A stretch of 64,000 bases of DNA from the NCBI RefSeq assembly GCF_003918875.1, contig NW_025766658.1, positions 1,054,001-1,118,000 of the forward strand, written 5' to 3'. The position numbers and the translations under genes are program-made. The notes beneath the pieces were generated by a model. That model was not told the DNA's origin, made no database searches, and saw only the letters and a program-made list of their open reading frames with translations. Positions 1-11,573 of this stretch are shown one piece after another. This DNA comes from Haliotis rubra. Taxonomy: Eukaryota. Position 1 is the stretch's first letter; each line of letters opens with the position of its first letter.

Positions 1-1823
1 CGCTTACGTAATGCCACAGCTTGATTAATATTGGCGTCACTGGCTAGACCGGAAACCGGAATGTGCAAACGAAACTGCAAGACGTTTTAATGTTCATCGA
101 AACATATTTCTTTGGAGAAATCGGGGTTTCGATTCCCGAAATCAGTAACACATTCCTGGTGTTATCCGCCTTGAAAAGATGTGAATGGTGCTACAATCAA
201 CACGATACCATTTCCACTTACGAGGGTACCGCGATTCCTCATTATGGCATAAACCATTAAATGAAGATTTCTGTTATTTCCCACCGTAGCATTGCTTGGA
301 AATTGCTAAAAGCAGCTTAAAAACATACTCACTCAAAAAGAGAATTAGAAGCTGGGTACCTCTGTCCAGTGGGAGGGCCATATATCAAAGGGCTACAATT
401 AATGTTCCATATCATGGTACTCATATCATAGTCATGGTAATTAACATATGTGCTAAAATAAGAGAGATTGAAATTGCAGATTTTGTCGTACCTTTGTACA
501 GTTTGGGCAGTATTGATTAAATCGGAGAAACAGGTCCGTAATAAACCTGAACAGGAGATTGAGAAAGAAACCCCAAGATCATATCTGATTCTTTTTATAC
601 ATAATATATTCATGTAAACACATTTATGTATAACTATAATAATTTTCTTATCATTTATCTTGCTATATAGAGAGAGGAGATTGGAGGTTAAGGGGAGGTA
701 AGATGAGGTTGTAGAACATTGTAATAATTGAATGGTATGCTTAAAAGAATTTTCTGATTAAATTTAACTTTTAACTTTTAAAATAAGATACCGGTTATCA
801 TGCTTTTCTAAATTTCAAATATGTTAAAATAATGGGTGTTATTGACTATCCACACTTTCCAGTTTTTATATCTGCTCTCAGGGTGGTACTTGACCCCACG
901 TTGCCTACGTATCAACAATATGGCTTCTGCCCGACCCCCTCTCGGCGGTTGTTGTAACCGCCAATACCAGTAGATTTAGGGGTAATATTTAAAGACGCTA
1001 GAACACAGCGCCACCTGGCGAACATTTCCCACAGGTGGGTTTCCGCGTGGCGAGCCGTCAATCTGTAGGGGATCTCATCTACACGAGCAGGCGGCATCAA
1101 AGTCCATCAGGTATTTCCGTGTTCCGGATAATGTAACCCTTGTTCCGGACATGGAGACTGTGTACCACCCAGGATGAGGTATCACACAGCCTTATCATCA
1201 TCCTTGTGTATACAGCATAAAACAAACACTCGCCTCTCACGATAAGCGTCGGCTGCTGAAAACCAGTTTCATCTTGGTTTGTCAGGATCAGTCTTTAGTG
1301 AAAGCTAATGTTTTAGCCGTAAAAGGGCTTTAAACATTTAGTCAGTTTAGGGATTCGAACCCGGTTAATCGGTTTGAGGTGCGAACAAAATTTACCATTC
1401 TGGCTACCCCATCGCCGGGGTTGTACTAGAGGCGGCCCGCCTCTTACTGATACAAACAGGCTGGCCGTTTTGTAGTTATTACTGTTTCAATATTGGATAT
1501 TTATGTTATAGAGAGAATGAATTTTGTCAGGGAGTGCGTGATTGTGAGCACGCTTGCACAACCACGTCTGTACATCTGGCATACACAATGAATACATCCT
1601 GAGTACATAGGACGGTGAAAGAATGCGTAAATAGTGTCAATGCACGTGAGTGGATATGGTCATATCACTCACTCATATACACACGCACACACACGCTAGC
1701 TCACACTCACAAGGTCAAAGATAAGTACGACCACTTATGTCAACACACAATAAACTCTCCAACAGAAAATATGACGTTACAATGACACAGAATGTGATAA
1801 TATAGACCTGTCATTACTTAAAT

Positions 1824-2069
1824 GTGAGTGAGTGAGTTTAGTTTTACGCCGCACTCAGCAATATTCCAGCTTTATGGCGGCGGTCTGTAAATAATCGAGT
1901 CTGGATCAGACAATCCAGTGACCAACAGCATGAACATCGATCTGCGCAATTAGGAAGCGATGACATGTGTCAACCAAGTCAGCGAGCCTGACCACCCGAT
2001 CCCGTTAGTCGCCTCTTACGACAAGCATGGGTTACTGAAGATTCATTCTAACCCGGACCTTCACGGGTC
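1824..2069 (-). mobile_element. Family B short retroelement, full length (no tRNA head, structured 5' end)
   Basis: Reverse complement starts GACCCGTGAAGGTCCGGGTTAGAAT and ends CTGGAATATTGCTGAGTGCGGCGTAAAACTAAACTCACTCAC. Near-identical to 54474-54724 and 13008-13190. Confidence 0.9.
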
Positions 2070-2149
2070 TAAACTGACATAAAGACATTCTAAAATCATC
2101 TTGATATATCAACGTTTACCCTTCAGACCTGGGACTTCTATCACCTCAA

Positions 2150-2332
2150 GGCCCCGAGCCACACAGCGTTCGTAGCGCTACGACATTCGTAAGCATATGA
2201 TTAACTATAGAGTTACGACAGGTTTACAGACCGCCGCCATATAGCTGGAATATTGCTGAGTGCGGCTTAAAACTAAACTCACTCACTCACTACGACAGGG
2301 TAACGATACGAACGCTTTGTGGATCGGGGGCC
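2150..2332. mobile_element. Harbinger-like hairpin MITE interrupted by a 5'-truncated family B copy (2223-2290)
   Basis: Ends GGCCCCGAGCCACACAGCGTTCGTA / TACGAACGCTTTGTGGATCGGGGGCC are inverted. The inserted retroelement is flanked by the 9-bp TSD TACGACAGG (2214-2222, 2291-2299). Confidence 0.8.
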
Positions 2333-2362
2333 GCATCATTAATCCACTTAGTTGTTCTTCAG

Positions 2363-2649
2363 GGGCTCCTTTCACGAAGGGCATGGTATCTCAGTGAGCT
2401 AGCACTATAAAACCAGCTTAAGTCTGGGCTAGTACAAGCAGCCGCACATACACATACACACGCATGCACGTCGTCATATGAGCGATATATTCTCAAGCAC
2501 GACGTTAAACCCAATTTCACCTCACCTCACCTCACCTCACCTTTCACGAAGGAACCTTTACTAAGGTTCTCCTTACTTCCTTTCTTTAACATTGCACTAA
2601 GGTTACCTTAGTGACTTACGATCACCTTAATGCTTTGTAAAAGGTAGCC
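2363..2649. mobile_element. Harbinger-like MITE interrupted by a 5'-truncated family C SINE (2381-2540)
   Basis: CAG flanks both ends; imperfect TIRs GGGCTCCTTTCACGAAG / CTTTGTAAAAGGTAGCC. The SINE is bounded by the 13-bp TSD CCTTTCACGAAGG (2368-2380, 2540-2552). Confidence 0.8.
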
Positions 2650-2652
2650 CAG

Positions 2653-2935
2653 GCCTCAATTTCTCGAAACAAACCTAAGTCTGAGTTTTTACTTAAGTTA
2701 CACTTTTTACTCAAATTTGAGAAAACGCAGGGAAATGCATTTCCCAGCATGAACTGAAACTGATATCAAACTCAAACATAGCAGACAATTTCAGTTTGGT
2801 GGATAGATTACTTAAGTTTTTTTTTGGCCTTTTTATTTTAAAAATGCAGTTGAGTTAAAAATTTTGCCGTTTCAAATTGTCAAACTCAGTTTGAAATTTG
2901 AGTAAAAACTTAAGCTTGTTTCAAGAAATCGGGGC
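2653..2935. mobile_element. Harbinger-like MITE, about 280 bp
   Basis: TIRs GCCTCAATTTCTCGAAACAA / TTGTTTCAAGAAATCGGGGC with CAG on both sides. An inverted paralog lies at 10136-10418. Confidence 0.8.
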
Positions 2936-3206
2936 CAGGTGTGGCTTTACTCCGCCATAGGTCACGTGTGCGTACAGATCAAGTGATATGGAATGTCGCG
3001 TTACGATTGTCTCACGCATAGCGACGTGCGTGCGTGTGTTTGTGACGTTCATATCCTTACTGCCAACATGGAGACAGCAGGCTGGGTAACAACAAGTACC
3101 GACTTTTTAGTATCGTGGTGGCTGGGGTCGAACGAACGACCATCCGTGCTCCGGGTCGACGATCTGTACTAGTCCAATTTAAGAACACATCCCATATATG
3201 TGTTGC

Positions 3207-3460
3207 TTCTACATACAATATCACCTCGTTAACTCGAAATTCCCGGGACAATCCATATAAGTACAGAGTATTTCTACATGCAATATCACCTCGTTAACTC
3301 GAAGAACTCGGGACAATCCATATAAGTACAGAGTATTTCTACATACAATATCACCTCGTTAATTCGAAACACCCGGAACAATCCATATAAGTACAGAGTA
3401 TTACTACATACAATATCACCTCGTTAACTCGAACACCCGGAACAGAGTATTACTACATAC
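3207..3460. repeat. 65-bp tandem repeat, about 4 units
   Basis: ACATACAATATCACCTCGTTAACTCGAA...ACAATCCATATAAGTACAGAGTA recurs at 3211, 3276, 3341 and 3406. Confidence 0.95.
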
Positions 3461-5629
3461 AGTAGAACCGCAATATCAAAATCTAATGATAATCGCCGGT
3501 GATAACATCTGGTGTCCGGATTGTGATAAGATGACGTTATAACTCGTTCTGGATGTCAAATATATTGGGTACAAAGGAACATTACATGGCACAATATTGA
3601 TAACATATAGTCTGTAACATAAAGTGCATCTGAAAGTCACAAGGAAAACAACCCCAGACACGTTCTTTGTGCTAATATCAATACGAAAAAACACTGATAT
3701 TAAAATCAAAGCCACAACCACAAAGATTTAACTACAATTTAATGAACACAATAATTGTTATAATGAAAATGAGTATGATACTTTATGATAATCACGATAA
3801 TGACTAAAAGCATGGTAAACTCTGAAACACACGATGACTAAAAAGCATAATACTTCTGATAATGAAATTAGTGACTAAACGCCTAATAATATGGATAATA
3901 TTTCTGATAATCAATTATGATTAAAGGCAAAATAATTCTGATAACTATCATATTGACTAAAAGTATAATATTTCTGATAATCATGATGATGACTTGAAAT
4001 GAATTTATCAGATAAAACAAAATTAATACATCTGATAATTTCATATGTTGTGGGCCATTGATGCAAGTCAGCGTTATATCTATTGGATGAGGTACAGACT
4101 AAGCAATGATATTTATGGACGCCCAGCGATTCTAGCTAGTTTTCTGTTCCCAAACCTGAGGAAAAATAATTTTTGTTTCTATTTATTGAATATTGGGATT
4201 CGCTGCAGTTTTCAACCAGTAAACGTGGAAGATTCCTGTCTTTCGGAGTTTCTCTACGTACATGCTTTCCCCGCGTCGACGCATACTTTCTACACTGATA
4301 ACGATATAATTCTTTACACATAGAAAGAGATGTAAGATTGTGTAACCAAAACACTGAAATGTAATAAAATAATATAATATGTCCGAATGTCTAAGAAAAA
4401 TACTTTAAACGCAAAAGGTATGAAACTCAAGCTCTGCATTAATATACAGTACTGCTTTCATCGCACAGTAGTTCTATACCGAAATGTTTCACTGCTAATA
4501 TGATTCTTTTAATGTTATTTAGAAGTGTTATATGAAATTGTTCAATACAACGATACCATTAGATACAAGCTTCCATGAGCCCGTGACCTTCTTTACGTAA
4601 ATAAACTACTTCAGTTTAAAGATTCGTATTGGAATATTACTTGTAATACATGTGTTTGTACAACCGTTAATACAACATTGTACTGTTTTACCTTGTATTA
4701 CATGATAGGGTTGTTAAATCAGAATACACCACCAGTAACGTATCACGCCGTTATCAGTTCTATGTTGCGCTGATCCCGACATTAGTCGGATTATCCGCCG
4801 ACCCTTTGACGGTATTACGTGAGTTGACAAAGATCTCAACGCATGTCAATGAGAGATAGGCATGGCGCACTGCTGGAGGCGATCGATACTTTGACATATA
4901 TAAATTGACATCAGGGCATGTGAATTGACACTTCAGTCACATATTAGACATTGCAGAAGCTTTTCACACAGCTTTACTATCTGACTAAATAATCTTATAA
5001 TTGATATGTATGGTCATTTCGCCCATACGCATTTTATGCTCGGATTAAAAACGTCCAAAATGTTTTTCTCTGTGTGACCGATATGTTATTCCATATCTGT
5101 CTTTGGCTTTTGAAATGAATGTTAAGATCTAAACTTGACGATATGTTTGTCAAATTTATTACTTTAAAATTTGTCTATTATCTACAAGCATTTCCTCGGA
5201 TTATAACAGTAAAAATGTCAAATAAGGAACTTACTGTTGCTAAACTTTATTCAAATAGTTGACAAAACAGCGCGATTTCGATAAATAGCCCCAGATATGC
5301 TCCTTGGATATGCTATCAAACATCGTGTTGTTTGCGATATTAAGGTTTCAATTTCTCACCATGTCAAATCTGATTAAACAAGTGTTTTCAGTCTCTTTTG
5401 TAGAGTGTAAAGAACCCCGTCGAAGTATAGAAACATGTTTCTTCTGCAGGCATGAGAGCAGTATATGAAGAATAGTTGCTATTGTTATTGAAATAGAGCA
5501 AAACTAAAATGCCGGACACAAGAAACAATACCTGATATTGGATGCGGCCAACAAATTACAAATGGCATTAAAACGCTGCTTCGCTGAAAATAGCATTTGA
5601 GACACTGCCGACTTAAAGTACACAACGCA

Positions 5630-5862
5630 GCTAAATAAGACTTAAGGTAAGTACAACTTATTAAGACTTAAGGTAAATACAACTAAATAAGACTTAAGGT
5701 AAATAAAACTTTATAAGACAATGTAAATACAACTTAATAAGACAAGGTAAATACAACTTATTAAGACTTAAGGTAAATACAACTTATTAAGACTTAAGGT
5801 AAATACAACTAAATAAGACTTAAGGTAAATAAAACTTTATAAGATTTAAGGTAAATACAACT
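5630..5862. repeat. 26-bp minisatellite, about 9 units
   Basis: Unit AAGACTTAAGGTAAATACAACTTATT; GACTTAAGG at 5639, 5665, 5691 and onward. Confidence 0.95.
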
Positions 5863-7699
5863 ATGACACCTGTACTCAATACATCATCATCCGATAAGCA
5901 TTGTTTGTTTGTTTCATGTTAGCTTCCATCATGGGTGTATACTTTCCTTTTCCTTTCCTTCCAGTTTATGGTATATTTACATTTGTGTAGATGCTTACAC
6001 ATATATACCCAAGAACAAATACATGTCCTGGAACGTTGTAATAGATTGTGACATTCCATGCAATAAAGACATATCTTGAGAGTGAATGTCAACAAGTGCT
6101 GCGTTGTTTGGAAGTTGAAAGTGTGTGCTGGAAGCACCGGACATACAGACAGAACAATACGTGTACTTTTCACATACTTCTAAACAATACCAAATATGTA
6201 CATTTCATAAAGTTTTTATTCATTCTAGGGGCATGTCTTAAAAAAGCTTAGAAAAAGGCTCTGTGACAGGTGGATACTTTTCCATGAATCTGAAAACCTT
6301 ACCTGAGGTTCTGGTCTCACGGAACTGGTGTCTGGGAAGTCCTTGTCTGAAGTGTCTTCCAATCAGTCAGACACATGTCTGGTGTCCGAAGTCGTGTCTG
6401 TATGTGTCTGATGTCTGTGCGTGGACGGCAGCCGCCGACAGAGACAACACCCTCCGACTGTGATCAGCGTTGGTCTGTCTTGTCTGAGCGAACACAACCC
6501 GCTGTGCTTATCACGCGTCAGACACACTCTCTCTAGATGTCTCCGACTTGTTCAGGTTATCCTGGTCAAAATAGGTCTACGTTTCTTAAGTAGCACAGAA
6601 TTTTAGAATTTCACTTGATACCAGTAAAGTTGATACCAAACATCTACAAAAAATGTTTGTTTGTCAGCTGATACATTTACAAACACGGATGTACGTGGCA
6701 CACCCAAACACACGTACGTTAACAAACGTCTTTTCCTATCAAACTTTTAACATGGTATTAATCATAATAGAAAGATATGGAAAATTATGTTGAAATATAG
6801 AGCGCTCACAGAGAACTCCAAACAGCCTGTTGCTACTCCGAGTTCCGCGGCATGGGGAATGAGGGACGGGATAAACTTCCTCCAGACCCCCCTTCCCACA
6901 TGGCTTGTGAGACCGACTTTATAGTCCCCAGCCTACACAAACCAACGTTTTCCAAGGTTTGGCAGAAGTCACACTTGCCGCCAGTAAAACATCTTCCCAA
7001 ATCCTTCGAGACAGATCTCCGCAGCGGGAAGAAGAAAGGGGGTTGGTGGGGGACCTCGTGAGGCAATAAATTATCCCAGGTGTTGAATTCTCGCCATCGC
7101 TTGCAGGTTGAAGACCAGCGAAGAGGATATATGTTTCCTTCTCAGATACAGCATCATAGTACCTCTATACAAACTACAGGCTAATTGGTCACTTAAACTG
7201 CTACATGTAAACACAACACCGCGATGCCGGGCTGGAGAGACATTTAGCACCAGCTTCAGCATCGCCGTCGGTGCTCACCCTCCCGACCGGGATGATCACT
7301 AGGTACAGTGGCTTTGATATACGCCGCCTGAATCATACATAATCGAGTTAGCAATCTGTAATAGATTCTCATGGCACTAAATTAAGTGTTTATTGAGAAA
7401 CACGCCCACCGAGGCTGTTGTTGTAAGTATTTGAAACACGGTAGCACATCTCCTGGTTTATCTTGATGGCGGAGGGTTGTGTCGTGCTAAGGGTTGGGAA
7501 AAAGTAACAGCAGGTAGTTTCTTGTTTGCGTCGGGAACCGTGGGGTTTTAAGGAGAGTGTGGTGTGAGTGAAAATAATGTGAAATACAGACAGTTTCTCA
7601 GTAGATGGTGGAACAGGACAGAAGTCATATCTAATATTTAAGATATCTGATCCTGTGAGAGAATTCGCACATAACTGTGATATTTCGTCATATTCATGA

Positions 7700-8005
7700 T
7701 TAAAACAACAAAAACAATAAAACTAAGCGAGCAACACAAAAAACAACAACAAACAAACCAAAAACAACAAAACTGCAAAACACATTAAGCCCCAAACTAC
7801 CAAATTCAACAAAAATGTCAACACCAAAACAACAGCAAAACAAACAATACCAAATATCGGCAAAACAAAAAAATACCAAATATCGGCAAAACAAACAATA
7901 CCAAATATCAATGCCAACAAAACAAAAGATACCAAATATCGGCAAAACAAACAATACCAAATATCGGCAAAATAAACAATACCAAATATCGGCAAAACAA
8001 ACAAC
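7700..8005. repeat. A/C-rich low-complexity tract ending in a 25-26 bp minisatellite
   Basis: AAAACAAACAATACCAAATATCGGC repeated about 6 times between 7835 and 8000. Confidence 0.9.
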
Positions 8006-8922
8006 GAAACAGAAAAAGACAAATAGATGTAAAAATGAGTTTTTATTAACACACCCTATATGGCTCTACCTGTGGTATATGAACTTTCCTTGTGTAGATT
8101 TAAGATAGCTGTTCAAGTTTGGACACCGTTTGTTCCATTTACATATAAATCAAAACAGAAAATCCCACCAAAATATCAAAACTACTTTGAACACATGTTG
8201 CATACCGGGTTAAATAGTCCCAAATCCGCCATTTTGTTTTTCCTTTACGATGCACATGTCAATACCTCTGTGTACGACAAACACTATAATCTGGTCATGC
8301 TTCATGTATCTATTAATCATAATCAGACCAACATCATCATAAACCGGATAGTGTAATTATCACGTATCTAATCTCCCACAGGTTTAAACTGAAACACTAC
8401 CCTCGTTTACACAGAGGGTAGTGTTATTCCGTCCAGTTAATACGGAATCGGAGCCACGATTATGTGAAATGTGATCGCGAGTCCCACCAGCCGTCTTCTG
8501 TACTCGGGGCGTCCACGGTGATGACATTCACTGTACAGAGTTGCGTCCCTTACCCTACCAGAATCTGCTGATCACATGTTTAAATCCCAGTTTAGCCCCA
8601 GTTTAGACACAACATTCACTACAATATATTTGGATCCCATTACTGTGTAGACACCTGTGTCAATGCATGTACCTACTAAACACATATTGTGAAGTTGTGT
8701 GGATTGTGTCAAGTGATTTCGAAAGAAAACTTGTGTTTCAACAATGGCTTTTACTTAAAGAATATTATTTCCAAGTAATTCCAGTCTGACCAATCATCAA
8801 GAGCTAACTTTGAAATTTAAAAAACAATAAGATTGTTAGAAATCTGACGTCTGTTATAATTATTCGACCGTCTTTTGTATGGGCGTTCATTGACTGGGTC
8901 CTGATAATTGTGCATTGTTCCA

Positions 8923-9088
8923 GGGGCGGTGGGGTAGCCTAGTGGTTAAAGCGTTCGCTCGTCACGAGTTCCGTTCCCCACATGGGTACAATGTGTGAAG
9001 CCCATTTCTGGTGTCTTCAGCCGTGATATTGCTGGAATGATGCTAAAAAATGGCGTAAAACTAAACTCACTCACTCACACACTCACTC
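8923..9088 (+). mobile_element. Family A tRNA-derived SINE
   Basis: A box TAGCCTAGTGG, partly deleted B box, (ACTC)n tail, 12-bp imperfect TSD TGCATTGTTCCA / TGCATCGTTCGA. Confidence 0.9.
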
Positions 9089-9583
9089 TGCATCGTTCGA
9101 ACATGTCCGATCACAGTCTTTACAGTCTAACCATCTTTGGCTGTCTTTATCGCTGATGTTATGTAGGGCAGTCTGTGTAGACATCCACTTAGCTTTCTGA
9201 TCAACTTAGGAATGTTAACATTTCAGTGTAATTTTAGTGAATTTGCATTTTTGTACAACTTGATGACACAATTGCGGGCGATTACTCTTGTTCTTGTTAG
9301 TTAAAGTTAAGGCATTCTACAAAGCACAGGTCTCTGCTTAATTTCAAAATGCTCAACGGCTTAGCGTCATAATTACCGATTTCATTTTACACAGCTGCAA
9401 GAAACGACGATCGAGTCATCAAGAGAATTTCTATTACACATGAGGATAATTATTGCATTCAATGGTGTTGAGTGAGTGAGTGTTCGTTTTCATGAACATA
9501 ACTCCAAAATAGGCCACGCCCGCAAACAAACTACGGTTTCCCAATTGGTTTATAATACAATGGGCGGGACAATGAGCGCTGAA

Positions 9584-9748
9584 TGACTGACTGAGTATGG
9601 TTTTACGCCGCTTTTAGCAATTTTCCAGCAATATCACGGCAGGGGACACCAGAAATGAGCTTCACACATTGTACCCATGTGGGGATTCGAACCCGGGCCT
9701 TCGGCGTGACGAGCGAACGCTTTAACCACTAGGCTACCTTACCGCCCC
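9584..9748 (-). mobile_element. Family A tRNA-derived SINE, full length
   Basis: A and B boxes (GGTTCGAATCC) on the minus strand; perfect 14-bp TSD CAATGAGCGCTGAA (9570-9583, 9749-9762). Confidence 0.93.
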
Positions 9749-10039
9749 CAATGAGCGCTGAACGATGTCGCCGATTCTGTAGTGTTATCTTTGGTGTAAG
9801 TCAAGGTGTTAACGGGTAAACAAGCCTTCTGTGGAGTTATTACTTTTAGATACATGTTGATTACATGTTCAATACGACGGTTAATTGCAGAAGTCATATC
9901 ATCACTAGTTTGCAAGTTGGCACAAATAAACAAAAGACATAACCTTCACATATCATAATTTGGTTCCCATTGTACGATTACGACAATGACAGAAACATGC
10001 ACTTATGAATCACTGTCGGATAAATAGTTGACACCAGGC

Positions 10040-10418
10040 CGCACGTCGCTATGCGTGAGACAATCGTAAACGCGAAACTCCAAATCACGTGATCTGTACG
10101 CACACGTGACCTATGGCGGAGTAAAGCCACACCTAGTCCCGATTTCTTGAAACAAACTTAAGATTTTACTCAAATTTCAAAATGAGTTTGACAATTTGAA
10201 ACATAATTTTTTTTAACTCAACTGCATTTTTAAAATAAAAAAGCCCAAAAAACTTAAGTAATCTATCCACAAAACTCAAATTGTCTACCATGTTTGAGTT
10301 TGATATCGATTTCAGTTCATTCTGGGAAATGCATTTTCCTGCGTTTGCTCAAATTTGAGTAAAAACTCTAACTTAAGTCAAAACTTAGACTTATATTTTT
10401 TGTGTCGAGAAATCGGGT
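10040..10418 (-). repeat. Inverted paralog of 2653-3030 (MITE plus about 95 bp of non-MITE flank)
   Basis: GCACGTCGCTATGCGTGAGACAATCGTAA...GACCTATGGCGGAGTAAAGCCACACCT is the reverse complement of 2937-3030, and homology continues through the whole MITE. Confidence 0.92.
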
Positions 10419-11573
10419 GTTTTAAAAATTGAACGTATCCTGCCCCGCTTGTGGTGCCGGTGGCATGACTGTAAGATATTTACATACAGTGTGAGGTTGG
10501 CTATGTCCTCTTTCAGCCACAATGCCCTGACACTCCTATGGATAATGTCAATGCCTCGAGTGTCCGTCTGTACACTGTTTTGTGAATGACCTAACGCCAC
10601 ATACGTTCGCTGTGTGAATCAGTACCCAAGATCAAAACATACAGGTGATGTGAAATACACTACTCAAAACAAGATCAGATAAGGAACACCGAGTATGGTT
10701 TTAGGCCGATTACTACACACACTCTACTCATGTGGGGAATCGAACCCGAAACACGAGCTTTTACCACTAGGCTATCTAACCGCCCCATAATTGGAAGGCT
10801 GTGTTTCGCAATACTTAAGAGCCACGACAGACTAGCTACAGTCGAGCGAGAAACATCAGCGAGCGAGATGTTCCAGTTGGATTCTGGAAACCAAGTTCAT
10901 GTCAAGGTTGATATCTCATGTACATTTTAAAGATGCTTCTGTAATTCTGTATCTCCGTATTTCACGTTTGATAAATCAAACGAAGCGCATGTAAAATCCA
11001 CACTCTATAGCAGAGACAGTGCCTTGATATTCACCTGGTCCATCCTATTCAACGTTGTGGTGGGTAGTCGATGGGTGTGACGTGGCACAGTGAGCGGTGA
11101 AGTCAAGCGGTGAAGCGCGTCGTACAGCCTTGCGTTGATTTCAGCGTTGGTACAGTGTATTAATATCAGTAATACCGTGCCTGTGTGGTATGGATTGAAT
11201 GCTCATGAAACTGGTTAACATCTTACTCACTGGCACTTATTTTTTTGAAATATTATTTTCAAGATTTTTCAAAATGGTTAATTTATTCTGGTTTGTTCAA
11301 GCGGAAACATGTAAGTATCACAATTCCATAGAAAATGTTCAAGTTTCCAGAACAACTGGCATCTAAAACCATGTGTCTTTTGGTAACGTTAACACTTTCC
11401 ATAAATGTATTATTACTATTATTTAATATTTCAGCAAACAAATGTCCGGTGTCAGGAACATCTTAACATCACAGAAAATTATGCTGCACTAATTGATAAA
11501 AGTTGCGCTAATTGATATCTGACAAAAATATTTTTCAACAGTATTCTTAAATAATTGTGCTGTAGATGGTAGT

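Noticed and set aside
7700-8108. Hydrophobic or Lys/Gln-rich ORFs
   Set aside because: Translations of a low-complexity tract and a 25-bp repeat.
2653-10418. A single 7.8-kb composite transposon with 380-bp TIRs
   Set aside because: No matching TSD at the right outer end and no transposase remnant inside; kept only as an inverted duplication.
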